A stretch of DNA of 64,000 nt from Octopus sinensis. Lineage: Eukaryota. Positions within the stretch are counted from its first letter, which is position 1; the number at the start of each line of letters is the position of its first letter. A program made the position numbers and the translations under genes. The notes under the pieces were generated by a model that saw only the letters and a program-made list of their open reading frames with translations, was not told where the DNA came from and made no database searches. The stretch is from the NCBI RefSeq assembly GCF_006345805.1, contig NC_043002.1:115382001-115446000 (forward strand). The letters run 5' to 3'. Of the stretch, positions 1 to 10,983 are shown piece after piece.

Positions 1-345
1 TCACACATATATATAATAGACATACATATACACATGTATACACGTATATGTGCGTGTATGTGTGTGTGCATATATATATATATATATAATCCATTCGAAC
101 GATTAAATAAGCATTTATGATTGCTGCATAATACATTTATCGAAATTTAAAATCAGTGAATTAGAAAACAAATTCGTGTGTATATGTGTGCGTGTGTGTG
201 TATCTATGTATGTATGGTTTGTGCTTCAGTGTGTGTGTGTGTTTGTACATGTGCATAAAGTGTTCGATTTTATTCAGATGTATTATGGTCTTCGCCTATA
301 ACTAACTGCATGTAAAATAATAGATAAGAAACACAAAATATGTAC

Positions 346-488
346 TCAGTTCTGCTGCTTCCTTTAAGTTACATATCTTCACAATTCTTTTTTCTAACAA
401 AACAGCGACACCTGATTCAAGGTTGACTTGGCCTTCTAGCAAGCATTTTAAAGATATCGATTTCAAGTCAAAGGTCAGCATGCCTAAT
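346..488 (-). CDS. Candidate coding exon of an unidentified host gene (LGMLTFDLKSISLKCLLEGQVNLESGVAVLLEKRIVKICNLKEAAEL)
   Basis: Lies in one of the longest non-repeat ORFs (302-601). Acceptor CTCTTATTTAG precedes 488; the donor A|GTACAT at 345 is weak, so it may instead run to the stop at 302. No recognisable homology. Confidence 0.25.
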
Positions 489-697
489 CTAAATAAGAGA
501 TTTATAATTAGATAGAAAATTGTCTTCGATGTAGGAAGTGTGCTATCACGTGATCTCAAACAGCTACAGAAGGAAATAAAGTCATACTTGATTAAGATCA
601 ACAGAATTTCCTTATTTTATTGGTTTTAAATTATAGGTCTATGTTGTTGCTTTTTTTGTGGAATTTCACAATAAAATCTTCGTTTTCGCAAAATTTT

Positions 698-1095
698 GTG
701 GCTGTGTAGCTTCTTCCCAACTATATGATCTTAGGTTCAGTCTTAATGCGCTGCCCCTTGCGCAAGGTGTCCTCTGTTGTAGCCCCGAGTCGACCAAAGC
801 CTTGTGGGTGGATTTGGTAGATGGAAACTAAAAGAGGCTCCTCGTATATACTCGTGCGCGCGCGCGTGTGTGTGTGTGTATAGCTATACGTATGTATTTG
901 TGTTTGTCCCTCACCAGAGCTTGACAACCACTGTTGGGTTTTTACGTCCCCGTTGCCAAGCGGTTCGGCAAAAGAGACTGATATAATAAGTACCTTTCTT
1001 TCACATAAGTACTGGTTTGAATTGTTCGAACAAACCCTTCCATGCAGTGACCCAGCATGGCCGCAATACAATGACTGAAACAAGTCAAAGATAAA
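698..1095 (+). mobile_element. tRNA-derived SINE family B, degenerate copy
   Basis: Decayed head (GTGGCTGTGTAGC...GGTTCAGTC), body CGACCAAAGCCTTGTGGGTGGATTTGGTAGATGGAAAC and 3' end ATGACTGAAACAAGT match about 10 other copies in the window. Confidence 0.85.
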
Positions 1096-1294
1096 TTAAT
1101 ACAAAGAAGAAATCAACATCGTCATCACTAAAATTATTTATGAATTTTGACATCCAAACGTAAAATAGGAAATTATCTTTTGCAATCAATCGAAAAGTTC
1201 TCTTCGGTAATATTTCAATGACGTTCCTACTAATTTCTATTTTACTGCATATAAAATTAAAATTCAACTAAACATCTAAAGTATGTTACAGATA

Positions 1295-1526
1295 TATTTC
1301 TTTACTGCCCACAAGGGGCTAAACATAGAGAGGACAAACAAGGACAAACAAAGGGATTAAGTCGATTACATCGACCCCCAGTGCGAAACTGGTACTTTAT
1401 TTATCGACCCCGAAAGGATGAAAGGCAAAGTCGACCTCGGCGGAATTTGAACTCAGAACGTAACGACAGACGAAATACCGCGAAGCATTTCGCCCGGCGC
1501 GCTAACGTTTCTGCCAGCTTGCCGCC
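1295..1526 (-). mobile_element. tRNA-derived SINE family A, full-length, with 13-bp target-site duplication
   Basis: Minus strand reads GGCGGCAAGCTGGCAGAAACGTTAGC...GAGTTCAAATTCCGCCGAGGTCGAC (A/B-box-like). It is flanked by identical TATGTTACAGATA at 1282-1294 and 1528-1540. Confidence 0.92.
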
Positions 1527-1690
1527 CTATGTTACAGATAGTGTTGTTATTGTTGTTTTTGTTGTTATTTAGCCCCGGGTCTACCCTAATCGAGCAGATC
1601 TATGGTCAGAGGTATTTCAGTATTATCCTTTTTGAAAAGTATTGAGAAGATTTGGCTGCTATTTCTATCAGGTTGAATGATCATATAAAG

Positions 1691-2024
1691 CAGGAATTCT
1701 CAACCATTTTTTATCCATAGACCCCTTTTGATTACTATTTTATTCTGGTGGACCACCAGAGCCATTCAATGTTTAAAAACTAGTTTTATACATACTTCTT
1801 TCAAAACTCTATTAACTTGTGTTGGTTGAACTACGTAAAATTTTAGAGGGAGAAACCTCGCTGTTTCTTGCAGTACGTACCAATACGTACATCTAAAGCA
1901 AACATTTTTTTAGGCTCCCTTAAAATACTATTGTGGATCCCCATTTTATTATTTTGTTATGTGAACCCCCAAAAATCTTATATGGACCCTCAGAGACCAT
2001 ATGAACCCCGGTTGAGAACCAGTG
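1691..2024. mobile_element. hAT (Charlie-like) MITE
   Basis: Imperfect terminal inverted repeats CAGGAATTCTCAACC / GGTTGAGAACCAGTG resemble the CAGTGGTTCTCAAC hAT consensus. No clean 8-bp TSD. Confidence 0.65.
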
Positions 2025-2186
2025 AACAGCTTCCTTGTTGACTCGTGCATGCAATGGATTTTGCGGGGTATGTGCTCAATCTACGTTTCTTGTATATTGT
2101 TTTAACTAATAAGGCATTTAGAAGTACCTTCAGTATGCTTGAAATCATTAATCATGGGCTGATAGTCTAATAATGTATTCTCTCAC

Positions 2187-2311
2187 CTTCTGTCATGTTG
2201 AGATGGTAACAGTTGAAACTTCTGTAACGTAGGTAATTGAAACTGCTTGCATCTTCTCACCAAACATCCGCAATTAACAGAAAAATTGAATCGATACTCA
2301 ATTACAGCAGA
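2187..2311 (-). CDS. Candidate exon (SAVIEYRFNFSVNCGCLVRRCKQFQLPTLQKFQLLPSQHDR)
   Basis: Acceptor TTTTGATTTGTTTAAG and strong donor AAG|GTGAGA, with one open frame (phase 0 to 2). No homology recognised. Confidence 0.2.
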
Positions 2312-2570
2312 CTTAAACAAATCAAAATATATTAATAAATCGAAACTAGTCAGTTTTATCCGGAATGGCTAACTCAGGACAAAGGAAGAAAATATTCAAC
2401 AAATAATATTTCAAGTTACAACTGAGTAAATTTTGTTCAGAATTTATTTCTAAGCGAAATTTACTCATTGGTAACAGATTTATTAATATAAAGTTATTTA
2501 TACAATGTTAGTAGGCTTTAGATTCTGAAAAATCATTATAAGATAAATATCAACATCATTTTATATAATA

Positions 2571-2966
2571 CTAGCAGTATCGCCCGGCGTTGCTCGGGTT
2601 TGTAAGGGAAATAACTATATAAGCATTTTTAGAGATGTAAAGTATAATAGCCATCTCAATATGGCTAACCTCAAAGGGGGGGGTTACTGTAGCTTTTTAC
2701 GTTCTGAGATTTAATAATACATTTTTAGAGAGTTACTTCCCTTATATAATAGCAAAAAAAATGCATTAAAATGGGGAAAAATTATGGAATTTTTTTTAAA
2801 TCGTAGACTCATCGTAGACGCGCGCTAATACCCAGAAGGGCTCGATATGAATCACGACTATAAGATACCCGCTTTTGGTTACACTGCACCGCAGAATGTG
2901 GGAGTAGTTAGGAATCTAAATCGTAGGAGACAGACACTCACACAACTACAGTTTTATATATATAGA
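2571..2966 (-). mobile_element. Non-autonomous Helitron (396 bp)
   Basis: Canonical termini on the minus strand: A|TC at 2967/2966, and at the 3' end hairpin CCCGAGCAACGCCGGG, ~9 nt, CTAG|T at 2574-2570. Confidence 0.85.
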
Positions 2967-4331
2967 TGTACAATATATTTTCCTAAAATGCTCTTATAAA
3001 TGGAAATAGCTATTATACTGAATCGCATTACAAGTTCACATGCTTCAAGTGTTGTGTACTAGATAAGTTTCAATTAGTGAATATGATAATTTATAGAATG
3101 TAATGGACTTCTAGAAATGAAATTAATTTCTCTCCAAAAAAAATCGTGCAAAAAGTGTAGCTTCATAATTAAAGAAAAATACACATTTGGCATAAAATTA
3201 TAAAGTATTGATAAATAAAAGTAATGAATCTGCTGAGTACACTTCCACCTCGGAGTCATTTGCCCGTTTGCCTCATTAATTTGGGGAATGATTTAATAAT
3301 CAAATTACATTTTTTTAATAAATTCTGAATCGTTCAAATACCAGTGTGGTTTGAGACTACTTAATTTTGCGTTTTAAATGTAATAAGATAAGGGAGAAAG
3401 ATCTTTATGGGGCTTATGAGGCTAGACTAACTGCAATAAAAGTGAGAAATTCAAAAGTCTCCATCTCTCATCTATTTGCTTGCACACGTTATGTTGTTAC
3501 TCTTAATAGATATTCTAGTTATAAGTGAAATATCCTAATCAAACAACCCTGACACCCTGTTGACACTAAAAATAACCTAATCGTCATTTTAATGTTTATA
3601 TATCTTTTTCACACACTCTTTTGGTCGATGTTGACCATGTTTGTCTTATTTTAGCAGGCCTGGGCAAGGATTTTGTAGAAGTTAGCAGTCTCCTCTTATC
3701 ATATCACCAGCGTAGTCCAAGAGGAAGGCTTTTCTTAATGGTCGATACAACCCGACAACATTATCGTCGTAAGTGTTGCCATTAGAGCGCAAAGAGCCGG
3801 TACACAGCCCTGGCCATCTCGTCTACCACTCTAACAATTCTCTCAAACCACCACTTTGGATTATATATTTTTTATCAACCCCGAAAGAATGAAAGATAAA
3901 ATTGACCTCGGCAGGATTTGAACTTGGTGCAGAAAATTGGAACAAATACTGGGGTTCATTCTACTAAATGCATGAACGACTCCGCCAGTTTTCTAGTGGT
4001 TTCCCATTACCTACTCCAAGCTCACCGAAGTTAATCAGACCACAAGTCAAATTTACTGTGCTCAATGCAGCGATCCTCAAATTGCGAAGTACCAGATCCC
4101 ATAACAAAAAATATAAGTGAAATTTGTCCACTCCCTTCTATATTAATGAAACAAGAAAACAAAGTTTGCATCCATATAATTCTTCTTTCTCTATCATGGT
4201 GTTGGCCTGAATGTACAATATATCTAATTAAACCGAAAATAAAAACACACAGGTAAATAAAATATATAGCAAAGCTGTTTTATTCTGGGCGAATGCTTGT
4301 CTGGGCAAGTCGCATATCACCTTTCTCTTAC

Positions 4332-4539
4332 GGACGATTTCTATACTTCACTTTATACTTGCTATGACAGAAAGCCTTCTTTTTGACACAAATATATTGA
4401 GCCAAATGGAAAAGCAGGTTTTCTGCTGCCTTCGTTTGACCAATTCGGATACTGCTGAACAAATACAAATTCATTCTATAGCAATTAGTCTCTCCCTTCT
4501 TAAACATTCGCTGCTTCAAAGGACGAAACTTATATGCAG
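4332..4539 (-). CDS. Candidate coding exon (AYKFRPLKQRMFKKGETNCYRMNLYLFSSIRIGQTKAAENLLFHLAQYICVKKKAFCHSKYKVKYRNR)
   Basis: Strong donor CC|GTAAGA at 4331. Acceptor is ACTCAG at 4540 or the internal TTTGTATTTGTTCAG. Single open frame; phases are compatible with neighbouring candidates. Confidence 0.3.
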
Positions 4540-4656
4540 CTGAGTAAATTGGGTTGTTTTAAGACTTATCTATGCCACATACGAATATGCAGTACCAACG
4601 CAGACAGAACCGTTTGATAGTCCATTCAACCACTCACACTTTCAGTATGAAGTATA

Positions 4657-4810
4657 TGTGGTCTGATCAATAAGTATCTGGACTGTTGCCATAGTAACGA
4701 AGCTAAAGCACGCAGAGTGAAGTTTTGCCGTTCTTGATACAATCAAAGAGAATGTGCAACTGAAACCCGAGTGTCTTTTTGGTCAGCTGAAAGCAGTTTG
4801 GACACAGACT
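4657..4810. mobile_element. Mariner-like terminal fragment
   Basis: TA followed by TGTGGTCTGATCAATAAGTATCTGGAC, resembling mariner TIRs; no transposase visible. Confidence 0.4.
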
Positions 4811-4825
4811 TGGCAAACACACGTC

Positions 4826-6400
4826 TCATACCCAAATCTTCTGCGATAATGGACTGAACTGAACCATAACTATCTGCACATCGGGATCCCGTGTGAAGGG
4901 CATATCTACTGTCTCTTTATGTTCTTCTACTATTTTTTCCACCTTCCCGCCCTTGTAGAAGAAGATAATTAATTGATCATCTTTAAGGGTGTGGGTGGTT
5001 TCTTCCACCGTGGGTGGCACAACTTCGGGACATGCAGACGGCACATCATCTCCCCGCTGAGATTACCCGTTCTTCTTCCTTCTTTTTTTTCTTTTCTTCC
5101 TGGCTTCGGGAGAGTGGAGTTCTTCCGCTTTGTCCGGAGACTCTCCCCCGCCTCCCGAAACCTTAAGTTCCTTCGGCGGGCAACTATTGTTGCCCGCCTT
5201 CTTCCTTTTTAATCCTTTTTGAGTTGAGGAGGCTGAAGCCTCTTCGACCATATCCACTTCTCCCTTTGACCGGGTAGGGGAGGTGGCATCTAGTGACTGT
5301 TCCAGGACCTTACCATGGTCCTGGGGGCAGTTCCTTTTAATGTGGCCTGGCTGCAGGCACGAGTGACACTTGGGGAACGTCCCTCAAGTATCACCGGATA
5401 CCTGCAGCCAGCCATTTTCAAGAAATCTGGAAAAACCAGATCTGTTGCGGCCGATGGGGTCCACAGGGTCAAAATCGCTTTTGACCCTTCCCAATCGACC
5501 GCCGGCAATATCCTTACATTTAAGAGCCTGGGCCCGCCATCCCCCAGTCCCCGTCGGATGGTATCTTCAATCCAATCCGCTTCGGTGCCCGGGGGCAACC
5601 CACAATGCCAGGCTCGTATTAATTTTCTTCCACAATATGACGGAAGGAACAGAATTTCCTTGCCTTCTAAAGGCTGACTCGCAAACTGGCGAGCCTTTTC
5701 CCCGTTGTCAAACAGCAACCATACGGTTGCATGTTTGACACCACAGGATATATATTTTAAAGAGGACAAATGTTCTTTAAGTTCATTTTTTATGACTTGT
5801 TTTGAGAAGACGGTGATGGAATTAAGAACTTTAGAATACGTTCTAAGTATAACCGTCTTCTCCTCCATATCTTTTAACCACTGCTTAGGCGGGTTAATTT
5901 CCCACTCTAAGACAGAGTTTTTCTTTTTAAGTTCCTTCTCTGCCATGTCAAAAAACAGTTCAAAAGTAGTTCAAAAGACAGTCTGCCAAAAAATTAAACC
6001 GAATAAAAATAAACCAAAATAAAAGAGGAGTTGAGGAAACTGAAATTAAAGTAATGAAAAGACTGAACCAAAATTTAGAAAGAAAGAAAAAATAGAAGGG
6101 AAAAGTAAAAGAAAAGCCTCACAAATAGCACAGACAGGGAATCCTTTGTATAATACTCCAAAAAGGTAATCCAAATGGCTTATTCTTATTTTTCTGGCGA
6201 GATACGCCCACCAGAATTTACAAGAAGAATTTTCAAGCAAAAATTCTCAATTCACCGTTACGGTGATGAGAACCCAGTATTTTGCTCGCTATAGCGAGCC
6301 ATAATTGACAATTTTTCTTTTTGTTCTTTTTTTCTATTCACGGAGCCGAAACTCACATCTTCTCACTGTAACAGTCCAGACCAACTAGTGTTGCATTCTG
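4826..6400 (-). mobile_element. Tx1/L1-clade non-LTR retrotransposon, 5' part (element 1): 5' UTR plus ORF1, 3' end lost
   Basis: 5' end CAGAATGCAA at 6400-6391 and ~450-bp UTR. ORF1 starts at 5946 (MAEKELKKK...). After a -1 shift near 5372 the frame reads PKCHSCLQPGHIKRNCP, a CX2CX4HX4C knuckle. Confidence 0.75.
5063..5946 (-). pseudogene. Frameshifted Tx1-type ORF1 (gag-like CCHC protein)
   Basis: LPSYCGRKLIRAWHCGLPP and EGRxPKCHSC align by eye with LPTYLGRRTSKIRVEGIPP and EGRVPRCFKC of element 2. Confidence 0.7.
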
Positions 6401-6416
6401 GGTAAGCAAGCTACTT

Positions 6417-7870
6417 TATTTTATTTTATTTTATTTTATTAAATTTGCCATAAAGGCAATACACAGAGGGGACACTACAACACATGTGGGGACGTATAAC
6501 AATTAAAAATAAAATATGATATAATGAATGAACATGAAAATGCACATGAAGAACAAATTAAAATATGATATGATGATATCTGAAAATGATATTATGAAGA
6601 GTGTGCTACTCACCCCACACTGAGTAACACAACTCGCTGTCTCTGGGTCCCGAGTCCTTTTTCTCTTCTCGTCCAATCCTTTTTCCCTTTTCCCTGCCAC
6701 TTAAAGATAACATTCTCTCCGTCATGCATTCATAACCTTTTTCACCGGGAGGGGGAGTCTTCTAAATTTTGTGGTATTTGTTCTTTCTTTTTCTTTTTTT
6801 CTTGGGGGGAAATGGGGTGGGTGGGTTTAGTGTCTGTATGGGGAGGGTGGGTCTGAGTGGTCTTGGGTAGGATAGGGTTGGACTGGGGTGCCACATCATA
6901 CTCAGTGTCTTTTCTTTTTTTCCTCTTTCTCCTTTTGCGTTCTGCAATTTTCCATTCTTCCTCTTTTTAATCGTTTCCTTCGTCTATTTTGTCTTCCTTT
7001 CTCTTCTCTTCTGTCTCCACAACTATATCCTCAGCCGTAGTCCTTCGTAGAGGGCAGTATGCTCTAATGTGGCCCTTTTGGCCACATTTAAAGCAACGTG
7101 GTACTCTGCCCTCTACCCACACCCTCAGCACGATTTCCCCCAGCGTCTCGAGTTGTCGAGTTGTCCCTCCTCCGTCTGAATAATTAACTCGAGCGTCCTT
7201 CCTTTCCACCCTCCTTCTGTTTCTGTTGCTTGGAGGACAGCCACCTTCTCCTCGCTTCCAACAAGGACAGCTGCGCTACCCAAGCCACATTTATATCAGG
7301 CGGAATTCCTTCTACCCTTATCTTGGAAGTCCTTCTTCCAAGATACGTGGGTAGAAGGACCATTTCCGTCGTCTTTACGGTTTTACCCGCCAGCCTCCTT
7401 GCCTCCTCCTCTGTTCTAAACTGGACTACCATTGTCCCATATTGGCATCCTCTTGTCATGTATATTACTCCGTTGGATTCCTCCTTTACTGCCTTTTCTA
7501 TTTTCTCTATTTCTATTAGGTCGACCTTCTTACTCTTTATCGAGTAAACTTTGTATATGACCGCTCTCCTTTTTATGCCATCCATTATTCTTTGTGTGGG
7601 TGACAACGTCACGTTGCCGCCCACTTTCTGCACCATTTTTCCATGCTCCTTCATTCTTGATAAATCCACCTCTTTTCTCTTCACCTCCACAGCCTCTGGG
7701 AAACTCTTCGTTTTCTTCAAATATTCATCCATGCCTTCTACTGCTCCTAGCAGCTCCTCCTCTGAAGAAGACAGCTCAGACCCGCTAAGGTCCGAGTACA
7801 TTACTAACCTCAAAGCAGCAAAAGGGAAAACGTCCGACTCGCACACAAACGACAAACCAATTGCACTCTG
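6417..7870 (-). mobile_element. Tx1/L1-clade element 2, ~1.45 kb, ORF1 only, with (AATAA)n 3' tail
   Basis: 5' end CAGAGTGCAA at 7870-7861; ORF1 from ~7801 to 6967; ~550 bp with no recognisable ORF2; tail (TTTTA)n on the + strand at ~6414-6440. Confidence 0.75.
6967..7801 (-). pseudogene. Tx1-type ORF1 with CCHC zinc knuckle, one frameshift near 7200
   Basis: ORF track 7184-7885 plus 6967-7209; motif WVEGRVPRCFKCGQKGHIRAYCP. Confidence 0.75.
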
Positions 7871-7915
7871 GGTAACCGGAAGCAAAGCTGCTTACCACAC
7901 AGCCACTCCTGCGCC
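7871..7915 (-). mobile_element. SINE-B tRNA-like head, cut off by Tx1 element 2
   Basis: Minus strand GGCGCAGGAGTGGCTGTGTGGTAAGCAGCTTTGCTT..TTACC matches SINE-B heads at 19.8, 50.4 and 53.5 kb up to the junction. Confidence 0.85.
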
Positions 7916-7919
7916 TATA

Positions 7920-7998
<79 letters not shown>

Positions 7999-8691
7999 TG
8001 TGTTTGTGAATTTATATTTACACATGTATATGTGTGTATATATGTGTGTGTACACAGATATATATACTCCCACACATATATATATATGCATATGTTTAAC
8101 TACATACATGTATAGACATTCTTACATATATACATGTACATATATGTGTGTATGAGCATGTGTGCGTCTTTGCGTAAGTGTGTGGGTGGGGGTGTTTGTC
8201 TGTCTATTTGCCTGTCTGTCAGCAGTCGCGCGCTGTTCCACTGCTGCCGCAGCTAGGCTTCCGTTTCGATTTGTAATTAAACATATGCATATATATATGT
8301 GTGTGTATGTGTGTGTGTGAGTATATATATTTGTATATATATATGTAGATATATACACATATGTACACACATATATATACACACATATACATGTATGTTT
8401 AAATATAAATGCACACATACACGCACAGACACACACATATATATATATATGTATATGTATATGTGTGTATATATATATATGTATATATATATATGTATGT
8501 GTATATATATATATGTATGTATATATGTATGTATATATATGTATATATATATGTATATATATTAATATATATATGTATATATATTAATATATATATATGT
8601 GTGTGTATGTATATATATGTATATATATATATGTATGTATATGTATATATATGTATGTATATATATATATATATATATGTATGTATATATA

Positions 8692-8763
<72 letters not shown>

Positions 8764-8775
8764 GACATGTAAATA
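7916..8775. repeat. Compound (TA)n/(TG)n/(TATG)n microsatellite field
   Basis: Direct inspection; it is the source of the YI/CV-repeat ORFs. Confidence 0.95.
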
Positions 8776-9054
8776 TAGGCGCAGGAGAGGCTGGTGAATT
8801 TAGATGTGTGAACAATACTCTTGCATAGATTTTTTTTTTTTTTGTAAATGAGTAAAAACATTTCATCGTTTGAACCTACAACATGTGATTATATTTTGCA
8901 AGCTTGATACGATAAAACACTAGAAACATTTCGTTTCCGTATTCATCAGTATTAAAACTGTACAAAATTGAGCTTTCAAAACTCCATATTGTGAAAACTT
9001 CACCTACTAAGAATTGATTTCCAGATAATACATTAAACTAAACTAACCAGTTAC

Positions 9055-9226
9055 AAGTAGTTGCCACCTAGTCGTTCCACATCATCTCTTATTACTAATA
9101 ATTCTTTGTTCAGTTTCTGGAACACAGTTTCCATCAACACATCAATCAGAAATGTTCGATCTACAACGTTCTCATCATCACACAGTCGTGTGACACAGTA
9201 CTGCCAACTGTCTGTTCGATGAGTCA
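9055..9226 (-). CDS. Candidate exon (THRTDSWQYCVTRLCDDENVVDRTFLIDVLMETVFQKLNKELLVIRDDVERLGGNY)
   Basis: Protein-like composition in ORF 9051-9236, with AG at 9228-9227 and GT at 9054-9053 (phase 1 to 2). The polypyrimidine tract is poor. Confidence 0.25.
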
Positions 9227-9345
9227 CTGTTTTCATTCAATTAATATCCTGACCATTTTAGAAATCAATTTTGTTCACCAGCACTAAATGATACTGTCGA
9301 AATATTGATAAGGGACATTCACACAAACGCACACACATCTGTACG

Positions 9346-9388
<43 letters not shown>

Positions 9389-9646
9389 CACACATACCAA
9401 CTAACACTGATAAATATTCTTTTAATTAGTGCTCGAGAAGAAAGGGACTCGATATGATTCTACAACGGAGCCATCCTTAACTCTTAATTCAGATATATTC
9501 ATGACTACATTATTTACATTATTTACATTTGACGGATATTTGTCCTCATCTTGTTTGTTGTTAACACAACGTTTCGGGCATATGGCGTAGTGGTTAAGAG
9601 CGCGGGCTACTAACCCCAAAATTTCGAGTTCGATTCCAAGCAGTGA

Positions 9647-9703
<57 letters not shown>

Positions 9704-9704
<1 letters not shown>

Positions 9705-10281
9705 TGGTGAAAAAACTGGTGGGAACACAAACCACCTCCAGTGCTTGAAAATGACCACATCTCATTCCTCTGGAACTTAACCATTCAAACTGACAGAATG
9801 ATAGATGCAAATAGGCCAGACATCATATTGAAAGACTTCAGACAAAAATCATGCCTTCTCATTGATATGACTGTCCCAATCGATATAAATGTATCTGTCA
9901 AGACCTACCAAAAACTGAGCAAATATAAAGATCTTGAAATAGAAATCAGCAAAATGTGGAACCTGAAGACTGAAACAATATGTTGTCTTAGGTGCCCTGG
10001 GAATGATAGCAAAAGGGGCTAATCGCTACCTAACTCAGATACCAGGAAACCCCAAAATGGTAAAAATTCAAAAGATAGTGCTCATGGGAACTTCTCATAT
10101 CCTACGCAAAATACTTTCTATGTAATCTCAAGTTTTAAAACAAACATAATTTTCGTTTTTTTTTTTTTAGTCATTCACTAGTACAACACTAACACGAACT
10201 TCCAACCTGTTGTCTCTTGAGGTCTCTGAGTGAGACTTGGAGCCAACTTGTACAAATATAAAGCAAAAGTCAAACACAGAA
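9704..10281 (+). mobile_element. R4/Dong-clade LINE 3' fragment (subfamily D1) inserted in (AAT)n
   Basis: RLE endonuclease motif ANRPDIILKDFRQKSCLLIDMTVPIDINV...KLSKYKDL. The 3' UTR matches 21101-21250 and 26343-26530, and (AAT)n flanks both sides. Confidence 0.9.
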
Positions 10282-10389
10282 TAATAATAATACAACAACA
10301 ACAACAACAACACCAATAATAATAATAATAATAATAATAACATCGAAAAATACCTTAGGAATGAGAACCCAGGTTCGAACTTTCCCCAA

Positions 10390-10435
10390 GACACCTGATG
10401 AAGGCTGGAGGGTATATCAGCTGAAAAATTGTGTT
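10390..10435 (+). ncRNA. Minimal type-I hammerhead ribozyme-like motif (PLE type), stem III mutated in this copy
   Basis: Stem I GACAC/GTGTT, core CTGATGA 10395-10401, stem II GGCTG/CAGCT, then GAAA. The inverted copy at 9563-9577 retains CCGAAACGTTGTGTT with palindromic ACGT and a GUU triplet. Confidence 0.5.
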
Positions 10436-10983
10436 AACAACAAACAAGATGAGGACAAATATCCGTTAAATGTAAATAATGTAAATAATGTACATAATTC
10501 CTGATCTTTTAAATATAGAACTGGAATATTCATTACTAGTTATTCTTAGTTACTGCTCGTATCTTATATAAACTATCATAGTCTTATTTCGATCCTTTCG
10601 TAATACAGTAAAAATTGAATTGCAGGGTAATTCGATGTACATGTATATGATATAGAAACACGAATATTGGGGAGAGCTTGCATTAGCGACAGAGGCAATA
10701 TTAATACCGAGTGGTAATATTTATATCCACTTAAGTGTGTATGTTCTGTTAGAACAGACTATACTGCAAGAAAGTTTCTTTCATATCTACCGCAGTAAAT
10801 TTTCTTCGAACAGAACATCCACGTTTAAATGGATATAAATATTACCTATTGAGGAGAGTGACATGAGGCACAATAGCGTCACGCTAAATGTATTTAGTTT
10901 GACGTCTCCCAGATGGACTTAACGGAAGTCAGCAAATGATTACATCCATCCATCCATACATACATATAATAATATAATATAAT

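Larger units (their letters stand above)
9506..10527 (+). mobile_element. Composite element: inverted tail copy, tRNA-like head, (AAT)n, body with hammerhead-like motif; interrupted by a Dong insertion
   Basis: A-box TGGCGTAGTGG at 9583-9593, B-box GAGTTCGATTCC at 9626-9637. Body 10341-10527. Segment 9506-9577 is the reverse complement of ~10421-10493. Confidence 0.7.

Noticed and set aside
4840-4860. GGACTGAACTGAACCAT as the missing downstream half of the SINE-B target
   Set aside because: Only a 9-bp match, lying within the Tx1 reading frame; likely chance.
8200-8275. Short GC-rich island within the TA field
   Set aside because: No second copy, ORF or stable distinctive structure found.
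7785-8866. Many ORFs rich in YI/CV/HT repeats (also 12.8-13.2, 16.2-16.7, 32.5-32.9, 38.2-39.0, 53.0-53.7 kb)
   Set aside because: Translations of di- and tetranucleotide microsatellites, which lack stop codons in some frames.
8915-8960. Minus-strand CTGATGA...GAAATGTTTC hammerhead-like string
   Set aside because: Stem II has at most 1-2 bp and stem I does not pair; too degenerate to support.
9578-9650. Possible tRNA gene (also SINE heads at 56838 and elsewhere)
   Set aside because: A/B boxes are present but acceptor-stem pairing is absent and the head runs into SINE body or (AAT)n.
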